DNA of 64,000 nucleotides from Escherichia coli O127:H6 str. E2348/69 (GTDB lineage Bacteria; Pseudomonadota; Gammaproteobacteria; Enterobacterales; Enterobacteriaceae): NCBI RefSeq assembly GCF_000026545.1, contig NC_011601.1; one strand, 5' to 3'. Shown piece by piece: positions 9,958 to 20,196 of this stretch (position 1 is its first letter; each line of letters starts with the position of its first letter). The notes under the pieces were generated by a model. It saw only the letters and a program-made list of their open reading frames with translations, ran no database searches and was not told where the DNA came from. The position numbers and the translations under genes were made by a program.

Positions 9958-10361
9958 AGCTGGCGACCGCCTGCACCGAACATCGTGATCAACTGATAAA
10001 ATTCAGCGCCATATCGGGTGTTATTCCAGAAACCTGCATCAGGATTCAGCGTCGCGCTGGTGTCATAACTGACGCTTACCTTATCCACGGACTTTGAGGA
10101 CTGAACACCATTGGTTGAACCGCCCGGACCACCAGCCAGCATCGCCCAGCTGTCTGCCGCCCAGAGCGTCATGTAGTGCGCAACGAACAACCCGGCAAAG
10201 TACGGAAACAACTTTTTTCCGGTGACGTTTTCGCTCAGCAGTTCATCGGCCAGATTCAGACGAAACTGGATTTGCGCTTCGGGATATTTGGCAGGGTCAG
10301 CAAACTGCGGGAAGTCGCGGCGAAAATCACTTACCGCTGGCAGACTTTGATTCTTTGGCAT
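9954..10361 (-). CDS. Head completion protein (putative)
   Basis: ORF track; synteny. Confidence 0.4.
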
Positions 10362-10548
10362 TTTTTACCTCGTTACGCGCGTCTGTGGCTTTGCCAACGG
10401 ATACTTCCGCGTGCGCACGAGTGAACCAGTGCGTGGCAACGTCTTCCTCCACTGCATGACGTCCTTTAACAAACTCGCGCCGCGAACCGTCGGGAAGCGT
10501 GAGCACAAACAGGGTATGTACGTGTATTACTGCATTATTTTTTGCCAT
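10327..10548 (-). CDS. Small hypothetical protein downstream of capsid gene
   Basis: ORF track only. Confidence 0.3.
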   Translation of the reverse strand: MAKNNAVIHVHTLFVLTLPDGSRREFVKGRHAVEEDVATHWFTRAHAEVSVGKATDARNEVKNAKESKSASGK

Positions 10549-10589
10549 CGGGTCATCCTTAATGGCCCCGCCAGGGGGCCATATGGCTG

Positions 10590-11531
10590 TTAAATGCCAT
10601 CAACGTACGAAATGGTTTCTTTGTACACTGGCTCGACTGCACCCAGCTTGCCGTAGTAGGTCGCAATCTGGTACAGACCGCGATACTGCACCGGCACGCT
10701 CTGAAGCGGAACCAGCGGGTAGCGGACGTATTTTTTATCGTTGGTGTACGCAACCATGCGATCCTTATTCCCCACACCACGGCCTTTCAGCCATTTAACC
10801 GCGCGGATATTCAGCGGAACACCGTTCTGGTGATAGCTGATGGTGTTGGTCTGAAGGTACGTCAACAGGGACTGGTTACCCGCAGATGAAACGATGATGC
10901 TGGACAACAGAGCAAACTGCTCAGGCGGGATCAGCAAATCACGCGGAACCACAGAGTAACCGGAAGCGGCCCACGCATCAGACAGCACCTGGTTAATGCT
11001 TGCGCGGATTTCGTCCGGTGTTGAGGTTGCCCACGTTTTGGCAGCGTTGTTGACAGGAACACCGTTCAGGGTAACAAGGCCTTTCAGGTTTAATGCGGAA
11101 TCGCCAACATACACCTGTTCATCGTTATCCATCTGCCATTTCAGTTGCATCCCGTCATACTTCTGCGTATCGATCGGGCGTCCGACCTGCTGAGCAGCCT
11201 GCAATTCTATGACCGTCCAGCCAAGTTCCATCCCCCACAGGTTCAGCGGGTTACCGGATTTGCCGATATCCACGTTTACGCCAGCAATAGCGGTTGAGTC
11301 TTTGCCTACCCAGTTTTTGCCATTCGGATTTGCACCAGTACCCGCAGCGGCGAAGCTGGTATTCGTCCAGCTGGAAATGTCATCTGCGATAGAGACATCT
11401 TCACGCAACTGAATATCGCGGGTCCAGGTGTACCCCACCAGTGGCAGGTTCAGCGTCTGGTCGAGTCGCTCCAGCTCCCCGATGAGAAAGGCACCAGAGC
11501 TGTCAACGGTTGCCTGATCAAAAGTAATCAT
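10590..11531 (-). CDS. Major capsid protein (putative)
   Basis: 313-aa ORF following scaffold/decoration genes; position and size typical. Confidence 0.6.
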   Translation of the reverse strand: MITFDQATVDSSGAFLIGELERLDQTLNLPLVGYTWTRDIQLREDVSIADDISSWTNTSFAAAGTGANPNGKNWVGKDSTAIAGVNVDIGKSGNPLNLWGMELGWTVIELQAAQQVGRPIDTQKYDGMQLKWQMDNDEQVYVGDSALNLKGLVTLNGVPVNNAAKTWATSTPDEIRASINQVLSDAWAASGYSVVPRDLLIPPEQFALLSSIIVSSAGNQSLLTYLQTNTISYHQNGVPLNIRAVKWLKGRGVGNKDRMVAYTNDKKYVRYPLVPLQSVPVQYRGLYQIATYYGKLGAVEPVYKETISYVDGI

Positions 11532-11542
11532 TCGTCTGTTCC

Positions 11543-12049
11543 TTAAATCTTCCAGGAAATTTCTGCATTGCCGTCAGCATCACCGGCACCTGTGAATTCA
11601 GCGTTGGTCAGCACCACGTTTTTGCCACTGACTGACGTGGACATGAATCCACCCAGCGGCACTTTGATGGATTCATCAGTGGAGACGACAACGTATACCG
11701 GGTCGCCTTTTTTGATGGTGCTGGCATCAAAATCAGAACCGAGGTTAACGGTCACGTAGCCACGCTTCATGGCGTCGCCCGGGAAGTTCTTGCCACTCCC
11801 CACCTGGCGAACCATGTCCGGCTGCGACGTGGTAGGATAAGGGCGCACGTAGATCCCCTTCACCTTGTCTGCGGTATCACCATCTGCCAGCGGCACGAAA
11901 AAACCGTCATCATCGTATTTACCAGCCAGCCCATAGGCAGCGAAGGCGTTATCGGATTTAAGGACCACCGGTTCGACGGTTAAGTCCTGCGGGCGAGAGA
12001 CAGCCCCGGTAATGCCAACAGGCATCCGGTACAGAAATACATTATTCAT
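11543..12049 (-). CDS. Head structural/decoration protein (putative)
   Basis: ORF track; synteny. Confidence 0.4.
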   Translation of the reverse strand: MNNVFLYRMPVGITGAVSRPQDLTVEPVVLKSDNAFAAYGLAGKYDDDGFFVPLADGDTADKVKGIYVRPYPTTSQPDMVRQVGSGKNFPGDAMKRGYVTVNLGSDFDASTIKKGDPVYVVVSTDESIKVPLGGFMSTSVSGKNVVLTNAEFTGAGDADGNAEISWKI

Positions 12050-12052
12050 TTT

Positions 12053-13273
12053 TTACCCTTTACGGTTTGCCCAGAATTCAGCGTTTTGTTTGTTCAGGGA
12101 AGCGATACTGGTCATGCCCATGTTTAGGCGCTGTGCATCGCCGGTGGTGGCGCGGGTGTTTCGCCCTTTGGCAATTTCAGACACGGCATTAAACGCCATG
12201 TCGACCGATTGTTTCGGTAATTTGCGGATATCCGCATCACCGACTATCTGGCGAACCAGCGTTTTGTCAGCAGAAGCCAGAACCTCACGTTTGAACGCGG
12301 TCGGTTTCATCTTACGGCTCAGATCGATACCCGGAACGATAACTTCGGCACGCCAGGCTGAGTCACCAGTAATCGTGGTTTCCTCTTCATCGTCCTCGCC
12401 GTCACCGGTCGGATTATCGTCAGGCTTATTGTCGTTATCGCCCGTCGCATTTCCTTCCAGCTTAGCCAGCAGGGCTTTCAGTAATGTTTTGAGGTCATCA
12501 TCACTGTCGCCGGTTGGACCTCCGCCCATCTCTGGTGCTTTGTCCGGTAGCGGTTGCTGCGGGGACAGGTTGATGTTGAGATTAACGCCTTGCGGCAAAT
12601 CCCCCTCATCTCCTGTAACCGATGCGGGAGCCGACTCCACCAGTTCGTTCATGGTGTCAGCGTCACCCGTTTTGATGGCCGTGCGCATGCGGGTCCACCA
12701 GCTTTTCTTTTGATTTGCCATTGTGTCTCTGTCTCCAATTGCACAACGATTTCCGGCTCTGCCTTTAGGGACAAGAGCCACATGGTTTCCGGTAATATCG
12801 ACCTGCTCGGCTTTACCTGGCTCGGTCTGCTCGTACTCCGCGTCATAGCCACACGACACTTCACGCAGGCCATCTTCGATAAGCTGAATAGCGCTTTCGT
12901 CTTTGACGATAAGGTCAGCCAGCATCAAATCAGACTGGTTACCAGTCCCGCGCCGCACATTCTGAAGATGCCCGACAGCAAGCTCTTTCCAGTTCTCGGG
13001 ATTTACCAGCCGCACATTCCCGTTTTCATCTTCAGGATGCAGGATCGTGATGCTCATCCCTTCGAATGAGGCGAGCGTGGCCGGATGGAATACCTGCTCA
13101 GGAGAACGCGTTACGACTATCTCACCGAGCTTGTCGGGTTTGAGGTTTGGCAGATCGGCAGCGCCGTAGAGCTGCTTACCCGTTCGACCTATCGGCACGT
13201 CTTTGCACAGCAGCGAGCCGTCAGCCAGCTGATAGCGGGTTTCCCCCAGCCGGGTATTGAAAAAATATTTCAT
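12053..13273 (-). CDS. Head scaffold/protease-like protein (putative)
   Basis: ORF track; acidic Gly/Asp-rich C-terminal region typical of scaffolds; between Mu-F-like and capsid genes. Confidence 0.5.
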   Translation of the reverse strand: MKYFFNTRLGETRYQLADGSLLCKDVPIGRTGKQLYGAADLPNLKPDKLGEIVVTRSPEQVFHPATLASFEGMSITILHPEDENGNVRLVNPENWKELAVGHLQNVRRGTGNQSDLMLADLIVKDESAIQLIEDGLREVSCGYDAEYEQTEPGKAEQVDITGNHVALVPKGRAGNRCAIGDRDTMANQKKSWWTRMRTAIKTGDADTMNELVESAPASVTGDEGDLPQGVNLNINLSPQQPLPDKAPEMGGGPTGDSDDDLKTLLKALLAKLEGNATGDNDNKPDDNPTGDGEDDEEETTITGDSAWRAEVIVPGIDLSRKMKPTAFKREVLASADKTLVRQIVGDADIRKLPKQSVDMAFNAVSEIAKGRNTRATTGDAQRLNMGMTSIASLNKQNAEFWANRKG

Positions 13274-13287
13274 GGTTTACCTGCGAT

Positions 13288-14061
13288 TCAGGCGAGATAA
13301 GAATGAGGGTTGGGGAAGACGATTTCTTTGTAACAGCGGCAGTTCGGCAGCTCACCAGCGTGACCGGTCATACCGTCAAGCGTTGGAGGTCGGCCCCATT
13401 CGACAAACTTACCTTCCATCTCCCGATGAGAATGCCGGACGTCGCCATCTTCGGCTGTACGCCAGATATAACCATTCGAGCCGATTGACAGCGCACGCGC
13501 CTGATCGAGCGCGCCGGTTGCGCGTCCAAGCTCGGTACGGGCGATAAGGTTCGCTCGTGAGCGTGACACGTCACCGGACGCAGCTATCTCTTTCGCGAAT
13601 GGCTCAGCGCGGCCACCAGTCACAACGGCCTCGATGGCTTTGTTCTGAATGTCATACACCCGATCGGCGGCCTCAAGAGGTAGCGATTTGATGTACTTAA
13701 TCTGCTCGGCAACGATGGATTTCATCACCTGGCCTACCGGGGCGCGGTCAACCATGTTGCGCAGCTCTGCACTGATGTTCCGGCTGTGCTGACGCCACTG
13801 CTTTTCATTCTGGCGCGCAATGTCGGCGGTAAAGTTCTCAGCAACCTTCGTCGCCCAGGGGGTGATGATTTCGCTGTAGCGCTCCAGCGCATCCATGATT
13901 TCGGTGACGCTATCGTTTGAACCATCGTAGCGCCTATTTACGATATCCCCGACCGCCCGCGCTATCTGCCGTAGGCTCGTTCGATATCGGATCTCCGCCT
14001 GGCGACTCTGGCGGGTTGTCGCCAAGTTCGCCGATGCCTGGCGGCGCTTCGTCTTCGGCAT
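13288..14061 (-). CDS. Head morphogenesis protein (phage Mu gpF / SPP1 gp7 family)
   Basis: Translation recognised as Mu-F-like; directly after portal; 5' end overlaps portal 3' end so true start may be internal. Confidence 0.6.
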   Translation of the reverse strand: MPKTKRRQASANLATTRQSRQAEIRYRTSLRQIARAVGDIVNRRYDGSNDSVTEIMDALERYSEIITPWATKVAENFTADIARQNEKQWRQHSRNISAELRNMVDRAPVGQVMKSIVAEQIKYIKSLPLEAADRVYDIQNKAIEAVVTGGRAEPFAKEIAASGDVSRSRANLIARTELGRATGALDQARALSIGSNGYIWRTAEDGDVRHSHREMEGKFVEWGRPPTLDGMTGHAGELPNCRCYKEIVFPNPHSYLA

Positions 14062-15379
14062 TCTCTATGTCCTCGTCGGTAATGGATGCCCCGATGCCGG
14101 TGACGTCAGAGTTTTCGCGCAGGTCGGTCATTGCCGCCTTACGCGTCATCAATCCGTCGCCCAGCGCGGTGCTGATCGCGTTGGTGGTGTTTACGGCCAC
14201 CGTTGAGCGGTCAACGTCAGACATTTGCCATAGCGGGTTAAACTCAAACGTGAAATCGTCCGGCAGTGGCTTACCGAGTTCCGAGCGGTGCATAATGTCC
14301 AGTATCCGGCGCATCGGCAGCCGTAAGCGGCGCTCCTGCAATGAGCTCACCCGGTCGTAATAGTTGGCAAGATCTGCATCACCGGTAGAAAATCCTTTCG
14401 GGGACTGTCCGAACAACCGCACCAGTGGAATACCAACAGCGCCACTAATCTGTTCTGCAAACTGCGATAGGATGTCATCCAGACCACTGAAGCTGTACTG
14501 ATGCGTTTCAAACTTATCCCGCGAGTCCATGAGCGTCATGCCTTCATTGCTCTGGAACTGTCGAATCAGGTCGATATTCTTCAGCAACGCTTCATACGCA
14601 GGACCACCAAGTGCGATAAGCTCGCGTAGCTTCTCCACGCTGTAGGTACGCAAATGCGCTTTGTAGACCAGCTGCGCCGCGCCGACAGTGGCGCTGTCGA
14701 ACGCAGTAAGCCGATCCCAGATACGCTCTACAACCGACATTCCCCATTCGTTTTCGGTCATCTTCTGCTGGAATGGCAGCGTCACCCCGTCGAAGCGAAT
14801 CAGGCGGCTGTGATGGATGCGCCAGGCTGGAATGCCCGTGGCAGTGGTCACCACGTCGTAAAACTCAGGTTTGCCGAGATCCGGCCCCATCTCTTTAATG
14901 CGGCGGGTCAGGACCGGGTTAATCATCCAGCGGTCGAGCGGGAGAATGCCCTTAAACTTGCCTTCTCCAATGGTTTCGAGCCGCAGCGGGGTCATTGGTG
15001 CCTGCCCCTCGATCATGATGAAGCCGACCGCGCCGCCGTAGAGGCGCGACCATTTCAGCACGTCGTTCAGCGCATCCCAGATCTGCAACTCATCCAGCTG
15101 CGCTTCCAGGGTGCCACGGTCTTTGGCGTCAATCTCCGAAGTGATGCGAATGCCTTTCCGGGTCATATCGTCCGGGATAGCGTCGACCGCTTCGCCGATG
15201 ATCCAGGACGAACGATAGGACCATTCCACCAGCATGCGGTTGCGGCTGGTGAAGTTAGCCCGGTAGGTCGATGCTGAGTGCTGGTTAGGCGTCTGTATCC
15301 CTACGCGGGCAATAAAATTCTCATAACCATCAGCTGTGGCCTGCGCAGTTCGCCGCAGGGCTTGTTTGTTTCGTGCCAT
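13934..15379 (-). CDS. Portal protein
   Basis: 481-aa ORF immediately after large terminase. Confidence 0.7.
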   Translation of the reverse strand: MARNKQALRRTAQATADGYENFIARVGIQTPNQHSASTYRANFTSRNRMLVEWSYRSSWIIGEAVDAIPDDMTRKGIRITSEIDAKDRGTLEAQLDELQIWDALNDVLKWSRLYGGAVGFIMIEGQAPMTPLRLETIGEGKFKGILPLDRWMINPVLTRRIKEMGPDLGKPEFYDVVTTATGIPAWRIHHSRLIRFDGVTLPFQQKMTENEWGMSVVERIWDRLTAFDSATVGAAQLVYKAHLRTYSVEKLRELIALGGPAYEALLKNIDLIRQFQSNEGMTLMDSRDKFETHQYSFSGLDDILSQFAEQISGAVGIPLVRLFGQSPKGFSTGDADLANYYDRVSSLQERRLRLPMRRILDIMHRSELGKPLPDDFTFEFNPLWQMSDVDRSTVAVNTTNAISTALGDGLMTRKAAMTDLRENSDVTGIGASITDEDIENAEDEAPPGIGELGDNPPESPGGDPISNEPTADSAGGRGYRK

Positions 15380-17001
15380 CAGGCCTGTCTCCCTAGCAGC
15401 TCCCAGATGTTCAGGGCTGAATTCATTGGGGCATAGTTGATCATCACCGAGTCGGCAAGGTTTGGCGATCGGGTTCCATCAGGCTGTTTATCAATAACGA
15501 TTTTTCCCACACCATTAATGGAATAGGTCGGCTGCGAAAGCTCGATGATGAGTTTATCTTTGAGTGCCATGCTACTGCTGATTGAGATGATTTCGTCCGG
15601 GTTGTAAGCCATACCTTCAACCACGGCGCGCCAGGTATTCTGAAAAAGTTTACGTAACCGCCACCAGCTCTGGGCTTTGGCGTTAGCGAAGAAGTCCTTG
15701 TTCAGACGTGCGGCTTGCCCGTTGTCCCCGCGAACAGCTTCATCATCCGGATCAAATACCGCGCCACTACCTCGAAACGGTGTGGCAAGTATTGACGGTC
15801 GACGCGCAGCGTTACGCAGTTCGTTGATAGCGCGTGCATCGCCGCGAACGCCAGCGCCCAGCCCGTCCTCATCAAAGCGAAACTCTTCGAGGTTGTCCTG
15901 TTCGCAAAAGCCGAAAACCTTCTCGACGGACTGATAAATGTCGCTGCCCACACCGGACCATTCCCGCACATTTTCCAGGAGGAAGCCATGACGGGTGGAA
16001 AAGGCATTTTTGTCCCTGCCTTCGTCGGCGACATCCATCGCGCCAAGTCGTTTGCCTGTTGGCTGGATACCCAGTTTGATATGCGCATCAACGGCAGCCT
16101 GTACCCATTCGGATGGAATCAGAACGCCTTCCGCTGATGCGCTGTAGTTCAGATCAAGTTCCTGTGCCACCACCACCGGATTATCGATTTTCTCGCATTC
16201 CCTGCGATACCACTCTTCATCCTTGCGAGGATCATCCCGCCAGTGGAATGTGAATACCGGTATCTTCCCGCCATGACGCTTCTGAGCGAACGGGTTAGCC
16301 ATGCCGTTAACTGAACTCAGGTCGATACGGCAACGCGTCGTTTGTGACAACGCCGCATCAATCAGCAGAGGACGCTGAAGGAATGCAGCCTCATCAACCA
16401 GATAAAGCGTGGTACGGTCACCACGACCAATATTATCGCCAGCCTCGCCTTTGATAACGGCACCAGTTTCAGGAAACTCAACACGCATATATGGCGCGTG
16501 CTTCTTCTCGCTCCACGAACCGCGAAACTCTACAGGTAGCGTTTCCACGAACTTGCGTGCCTTCCAGAACAATGCTTTCGGGTCACCAGTGCTGTCGACG
16601 TATTCCTCTTTACGGGAGCCGAAACCGATAACCATTTCTTTGTTGAAGAGACAAAGCGAGCAGGCCAGTCCGATCGCGGTCCAACTGAGCCCCATTTCAC
16701 GGGATTTTTCGGTAATACCATTCTCCCGATTGCCCCAGCGTTCCATAATCCAGTGGATCCACTCCTCCTGCTTAGGGAAGAGTAAAAACGGAATGGTCAC
16801 CGGCAGGCCATAATCAATATTACGCGGGTCCGTTGTCATGCCCCAGTCGATGATGAACTGAGCCGGATTGGTTCGGTAAAACTGCTTCAATACGGGCAAT
16901 ATTTCAGGATTCTGGCGAATGCGCTGTAGGCGTTCCATCCGCCATTCAAAAACCATCTGGTAATCAGGATGTTTAAAATCGAAGGGGAATGGTAACGGCA
17001 T
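15379..17001 (-). CDS. Terminase large subunit
   Basis: 540-aa ORF with recognisable terminase ATPase/nuclease-type sequence. Confidence 0.8.
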   Translation of the reverse strand: MPLPFPFDFKHPDYQMVFEWRMERLQRIRQNPEILPVLKQFYRTNPAQFIIDWGMTTDPRNIDYGLPVTIPFLLFPKQEEWIHWIMERWGNRENGITEKSREMGLSWTAIGLACSLCLFNKEMVIGFGSRKEEYVDSTGDPKALFWKARKFVETLPVEFRGSWSEKKHAPYMRVEFPETGAVIKGEAGDNIGRGDRTTLYLVDEAAFLQRPLLIDAALSQTTRCRIDLSSVNGMANPFAQKRHGGKIPVFTFHWRDDPRKDEEWYRRECEKIDNPVVVAQELDLNYSASAEGVLIPSEWVQAAVDAHIKLGIQPTGKRLGAMDVADEGRDKNAFSTRHGFLLENVREWSGVGSDIYQSVEKVFGFCEQDNLEEFRFDEDGLGAGVRGDARAINELRNAARRPSILATPFRGSGAVFDPDDEAVRGDNGQAARLNKDFFANAKAQSWWRLRKLFQNTWRAVVEGMAYNPDEIISISSSMALKDKLIIELSQPTYSINGVGKIVIDKQPDGTRSPNLADSVMINYAPMNSALNIWELLGRQA

Positions 17002-17003
17002 AC

Positions 17004-17555
17004 TTAGCCCATCATTTTTCTATACGCCTCTGCAGCCTGCTCCGGCGTTAAGTTGGTAATTTCTGTTCTGACTGGTCCTCCATCAGCGCCAGTCACTTCA
17101 TTTTTGACGTTGTCTTTAAACGCCTGAACAGAAACATGACGCCCAAGCAACTCAAGGTTTTTAACCTTATCAGGCCATTTGATTTTCTTCAGAAGTGCGG
17201 CGCTATCTGCGGATACCATCTCCACGACATCCATTCCTGATAGCGTTGTGCGCCATACCTTAGGCCAGTCTTTAATGGGCTTTAGCTCACCGTTTTGCAG
17301 GAGAATGTCGAGCACATCCATCTGGTCGATTTCAATAAGGCGATTAAGTACATATTCTGCATTAATACCAACAAGATCATTGCGTTGCGCTTTCAGTTCA
17401 GCGATTCTGAATTGTATGTCAGGTTTTGACAGGTTTTCGGATGCGGTACGGTTAGCTGTCTTTGCGCTGTACCCCGCCCGAATAGCCGCTTGCGTGGCGT
17501 TTAAATCGATGAGGTACTCGCGACAGAACATTTCTTGCTTGTCGGTGAGTGCCAT
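17004..17555 (-). CDS. Terminase small subunit (P27/Terminase_2-like)
   Basis: N-terminus [15 protein letters not shown]...[12 protein letters not shown] typical of small terminase. Confidence 0.75.
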   Translation of the reverse strand: MALTDKQEMFCREYLIDLNATQAAIRAGYSAKTANRTASENLSKPDIQFRIAELKAQRNDLVGINAEYVLNRLIEIDQMDVLDILLQNGELKPIKDWPKVWRTTLSGMDVVEMVSADSAALLKKIKWPDKVKNLELLGRHVSVQAFKDNVKNEVTGADGGPVRTEITNLTPEQAAEAYRKMMG

Positions 17556-17574
17556 TGATATACCTGAGGAAATT

Positions 17575-18123
17575 ATGAAGTTAGAAGATTTCGCAGCTTA
17601 TAACCGCCCTCAATCGAAGGTGTCCGATGAGAGGAAATTTCTTGATTACATTCACAGTCGGAACAGATGGGTTGAGTTTATCAAAAGCATCGATAACGCA
17701 AAGCCAGTATCAATTGCCATGAAAAATTCATTCCATAGTCAATGGGTTGAGTCTGGGGCCTTTATACGTGAAAAGATCAACGACGACTCAATTCTCCTCA
17801 AACTATTAACGCTCTTATTGCCAACATATGATGGTGACAGCCTTGTACTTTATCGGGGGGAAAATAAAGACAGGTTCGATAAAGGGCTCATTGGATTTTG
17901 CTGGACAACGGACATTTCAGTCGCCGAGAAGTTTGGTCGTGGATTGAATGCATACAAATCACCAGGTTTGCTGTTAAGAGCTGAAGCTCCAGCCTGTTCT
18001 ATATTAGCTGGCCCCAATGCCCACAGTCGTTATCTTGGTGAAAATGAGTTCACGGTTAACCCCTCGCGTCTTTCAAACATAACCGTTATTGAAACCTATC
18101 CGGACAACTCTTTTTTCAAATGA
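17575..18123 (+). CDS. Opposite-strand moron, hypothetical 182-aa protein with Y-R-G and E-N-E motifs
   Basis: ORF track 17179..18123 trimmed to ATG at 17575 (GAGGA RBS) because upstream part overlaps terS; only plus-strand gene in the late region. Confidence 0.55.
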   Translation: MKLEDFAAYNRPQSKVSDERKFLDYIHSRNRWVEFIKSIDNAKPVSIAMKNSFHSQWVESGAFIREKINDDSILLKLLTLLLPTYDGDSLVLYRGENKDRFDKGLIGFCWTTDISVAEKFGRGLNAYKSPGLLLRAEAPACSILAGPNAHSRYLGENEFTVNPSRLSNITVIETYPDNSFFK

Positions 18124-18255
18124 TGAATAAATAGATGCCCTATACTTCACCCGCCACTGGTACGCCGTTTCGATGGCCTCCCAGTCCGGTTTTGCCATGA
18201 ATTTTTCCTCTTAGTGACATTATCGAAGCCCCTTATCAAAGGAGCTTCTGTAATG

Positions 18256-18468
18256 TCAGTCCCGAACGAACGTAACCTTCGTGTTTGTCGCTCGCCGTAC
18301 AAGGCGCGCCGCTTCGCGTTGCATTTCATCGATAACTTTTGGCGTCATCGGCTGATGCGCATATTTACGTTCAATCTCTGCAAAAATCCCGTTCATCGTT
18401 TCGCTGTCTGGTGGGATAACTTTAACGTTTAATCGTGCCATTGGTTTGTGCTGCCCTGTTTTTCTCAA
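18256..18468 (-). CDS. Small hypothetical protein downstream of spanin genes
   Basis: ORF track; may start at internal MARL. Confidence 0.35.
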   Translation of the reverse strand: MRKTGQHKPMARLNVKVIPPDSETMNGIFAEIERKYAHQPMTPKVIDEMQREAARLVRRATNTKVTFVRD

Positions 18469-18697
18469 AAGCCCTAATATCAGCCTTATCCCTGTTGCAC
18501 TGTGCTAACGCTGACAACAACGCAACATTCAGGTTAAGGCTAGCTCCCCACGTAAACGGGTCGGGTAAATCTGGCTGGGGTGTTTCATCCGTCAGACTGG
18601 CTGGTAACGGAACGACCGGCACCGACACGTATACCGTTCGCGTATTCGTGCAACCGCTTAACTGCGCCAGAAGGAACGATACGAACAGCGCAATCAT
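18422..18697 (-). CDS. Rz1: Rz1-like outer-membrane spanin (lipoprotein), overlapping Rz in another frame
   Basis: Lipobox LAQLSGC after hydrophobic signal; ORF starts inside Rz; start at internal Met is inferred. Confidence 0.45.
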   Translation of the reverse strand: MIALFVSFLLAQLSGCTNTRTVYVSVPVVPLPASLTDETPQPDLPDPFTWGASLNLNVALLSALAQCNRDKADIRAFEKNRAAQTNGTIKR

Positions 18698-18977
18698 CAC
18701 CCGAAACAGCCACTTTGATATCTTCCTGGGTTCTCTGTGACTCCAGTGCGATCTGCTGTTTTGCATGCTGGTTAGCCTCTATAACTGTATTGATGATTTG
18801 CAGAGATTGCAGGACGTTACTGGTAATGGCTGTTGCAGATTCAGCATTTCGTACAGCCTCATCAGCACGCTCCTTTTCGTGCTGATATTTGCTGTAGTAA
18901 TGCCCGGCAGACCAGATAAAAGAACCGATGACGGTAACAAAGAAGGCAACAATAACCAGCTTATATCTCAGCTTCAT
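18585..18977 (-). CDS. Rz: Rz-like inner-membrane spanin
   Basis: N-terminal TM helix then coiled coil; directly after endolysin. Confidence 0.55.
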   Translation of the reverse strand: MKLRYKLVIVAFFVTVIGSFIWSAGHYYSKYQHEKERADEAVRNAESATAITSNVLQSLQIINTVIEANQHAKQQIALESQRTQEDIKVAVSGDDCAVRIVPSGAVKRLHEYANGIRVGAGRSVTSQSDG

Positions 18978-19437
18978 TTACCACCCCACCCGCTTCTTTA
19001 AATCGGGCAATCAGGTCACCGATTCTATGTTCATACTGACCGTAACCAGCCCCCGGCAACGAAGCCCAGATATTGCTGCAACGGTCGATTGCCTGACGAA
19101 TATCGCCGCGGTCAATCATCGGTAAAGCGCCACGCTCTTTAATCTGCTGCAGCGCTACAGCATCCTGGCTTTCTGGAGAAAAATCTTTCAGGCCAAGTTG
19201 CTTGCGGTAGGCATCCCACCAGCGTGAAAGAAGCTGGTAGCGACCGGCTGCTGTTGATTTGAGTTTGAGGTTTAGCGTGACAAGTTTGCGAGGGTGATCA
19301 GAGTAATCAGTGAATAGCTCTCCGCCTACAATGACGTCATAACCATGATTTCTGGTTTTCTGCCGTCCGTTATCAGTTCCCTCCGACCACGCCAGCATAT
19401 CGAGGAACGCCTTACGTTGATTATTGATTTCCACCAT
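18961..19437 (-). CDS. R: Endolysin R (lambda R-type lytic transglycosylase)
   Basis: Translation near-identical to lambda R over most of its length as recalled. Confidence 0.9.
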   Translation of the reverse strand: MVEINNQRKAFLDMLAWSEGTDNGRQKTRNHGYDVIVGGELFTDYSDHPRKLVTLNLKLKSTAAGRYQLLSRWWDAYRKQLGLKDFSPESQDAVALQQIKERGALPMIDRGDIRQAIDRCSNIWASLPGAGYGQYEHRIGDLIARFKEAGGVVNEAEI

Positions 19438-19744
19438 CTTCTACTCCGGCTTTTTTAGCAGCGAAGCGTTTGATAAGCGAACCAATCGAGTCAGTACCGA
19501 TGTAGCCGATGAACACGCTCGTTATATAAGCGAGATTGCTACTTAGTCCGGCGAAGTCGAGAAGGTCACGAATGAACCAGGCGATAATGGCGCACATCGT
19601 TGCGTCGATTACTGTTTTTGTAAACGCACCGCCATTATATCTGCCGCGAAGGTACGCCATTGCAAACGCAAGGATTGCCCCGATGCCTTGTTCCTTTGCC
19701 GCGAGAATGGCGGCTAACAGGTCATGTTTTTCTGGCATCTTCAT
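19421..19744 (-). CDS. S: Holin S (lambda S107-type)
   Basis: Translation essentially identical to lambda S including dual-start MKM. Confidence 0.9.
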   Translation of the reverse strand: MKMPEKHDLLAAILAAKEQGIGAILAFAMAYLRGRYNGGAFTKTVIDATMCAIIAWFIRDLLDFAGLSSNLAYITSVFIGYIGTDSIGSLIKRFAAKKAGVEDGGNQ

Positions 19745-19986
19745 GTCTTACCCCCAATAAGGGGATTTGCTCTATTTAATTAGGAATAAGGTCGATTACT
19801 GATAGAACAAATCCAGGCTACTGTGTTTAGTAATCAGATTTGTTCGTGACCGATATGCCCGGGCAAAACGGCAGGAGGTTGTTAGCGCAGCCTCTTGCCA
19901 CCCGCTTTCACGAAGGTCATGTATAGAAGGCCGCAGCGTAACTATCACTGATGAGTTCAGGATAGCCAGTGGCTACGGCTCAGTTA

Positions 19987-20062
19987 TGGTGCTGGTTAAC
20001 GGACTTGAACCGCTACCCATTCGCTTACAAGGCGACCGCTCTACCATTGGAGCTAAACCAGC
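19987..20062 (-). tRNA. tRNA-like gene, anticodon UGU (Thr) by manual folding
   Basis: Minus strand folds into cloverleaf: acceptor GCTGGTT/AACCAGC, D-arm GCTC..GAGC, anticodon loop CTTGTAA, T-loop TTCAAGT, 3' ACCA. Confidence 0.55.
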
Positions 20063-20067
20063 ATGTT

Positions 20068-20142
20068 TGGCGGGACAGCGTGGACTCGAACCACGATAAG
20101 AAGGTTAACAGCCTTCCGTAATGACCTTTATACGACTGACCC
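20068..20142 (-). tRNA. tRNA-like gene, anticodon GUU (Asn) by manual folding; one acceptor and one D-stem mismatch
   Basis: Anticodon stem GAAGG/CCTTC with loop CTGTTAA, T-arm CGTGG-TTCGAGT-CCACG, 3' GCCA; mismatches suggest a degenerate phage tRNA. Confidence 0.45.
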
Positions 20143-20196
20143 AAATAAAAAAAGCCACCGTTGCAACTTAAGAGTCACTAACGGCAGCTTACATCT

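Noticed and set aside
17179-17574. 5' extension of the plus-strand moron ORF back to 17179
   Set aside because: The extension is antisense to the small terminase gene; an ATG with GAGGA RBS at 17575, just past terS, is the credible start.
19860-19986. Possible third tRNA upstream of the tRNA pair
   Set aside because: I could not fold a cloverleaf with a T-arm and CCA-proximal acceptor stem by eye; left uncalled pending tRNAscan-SE.
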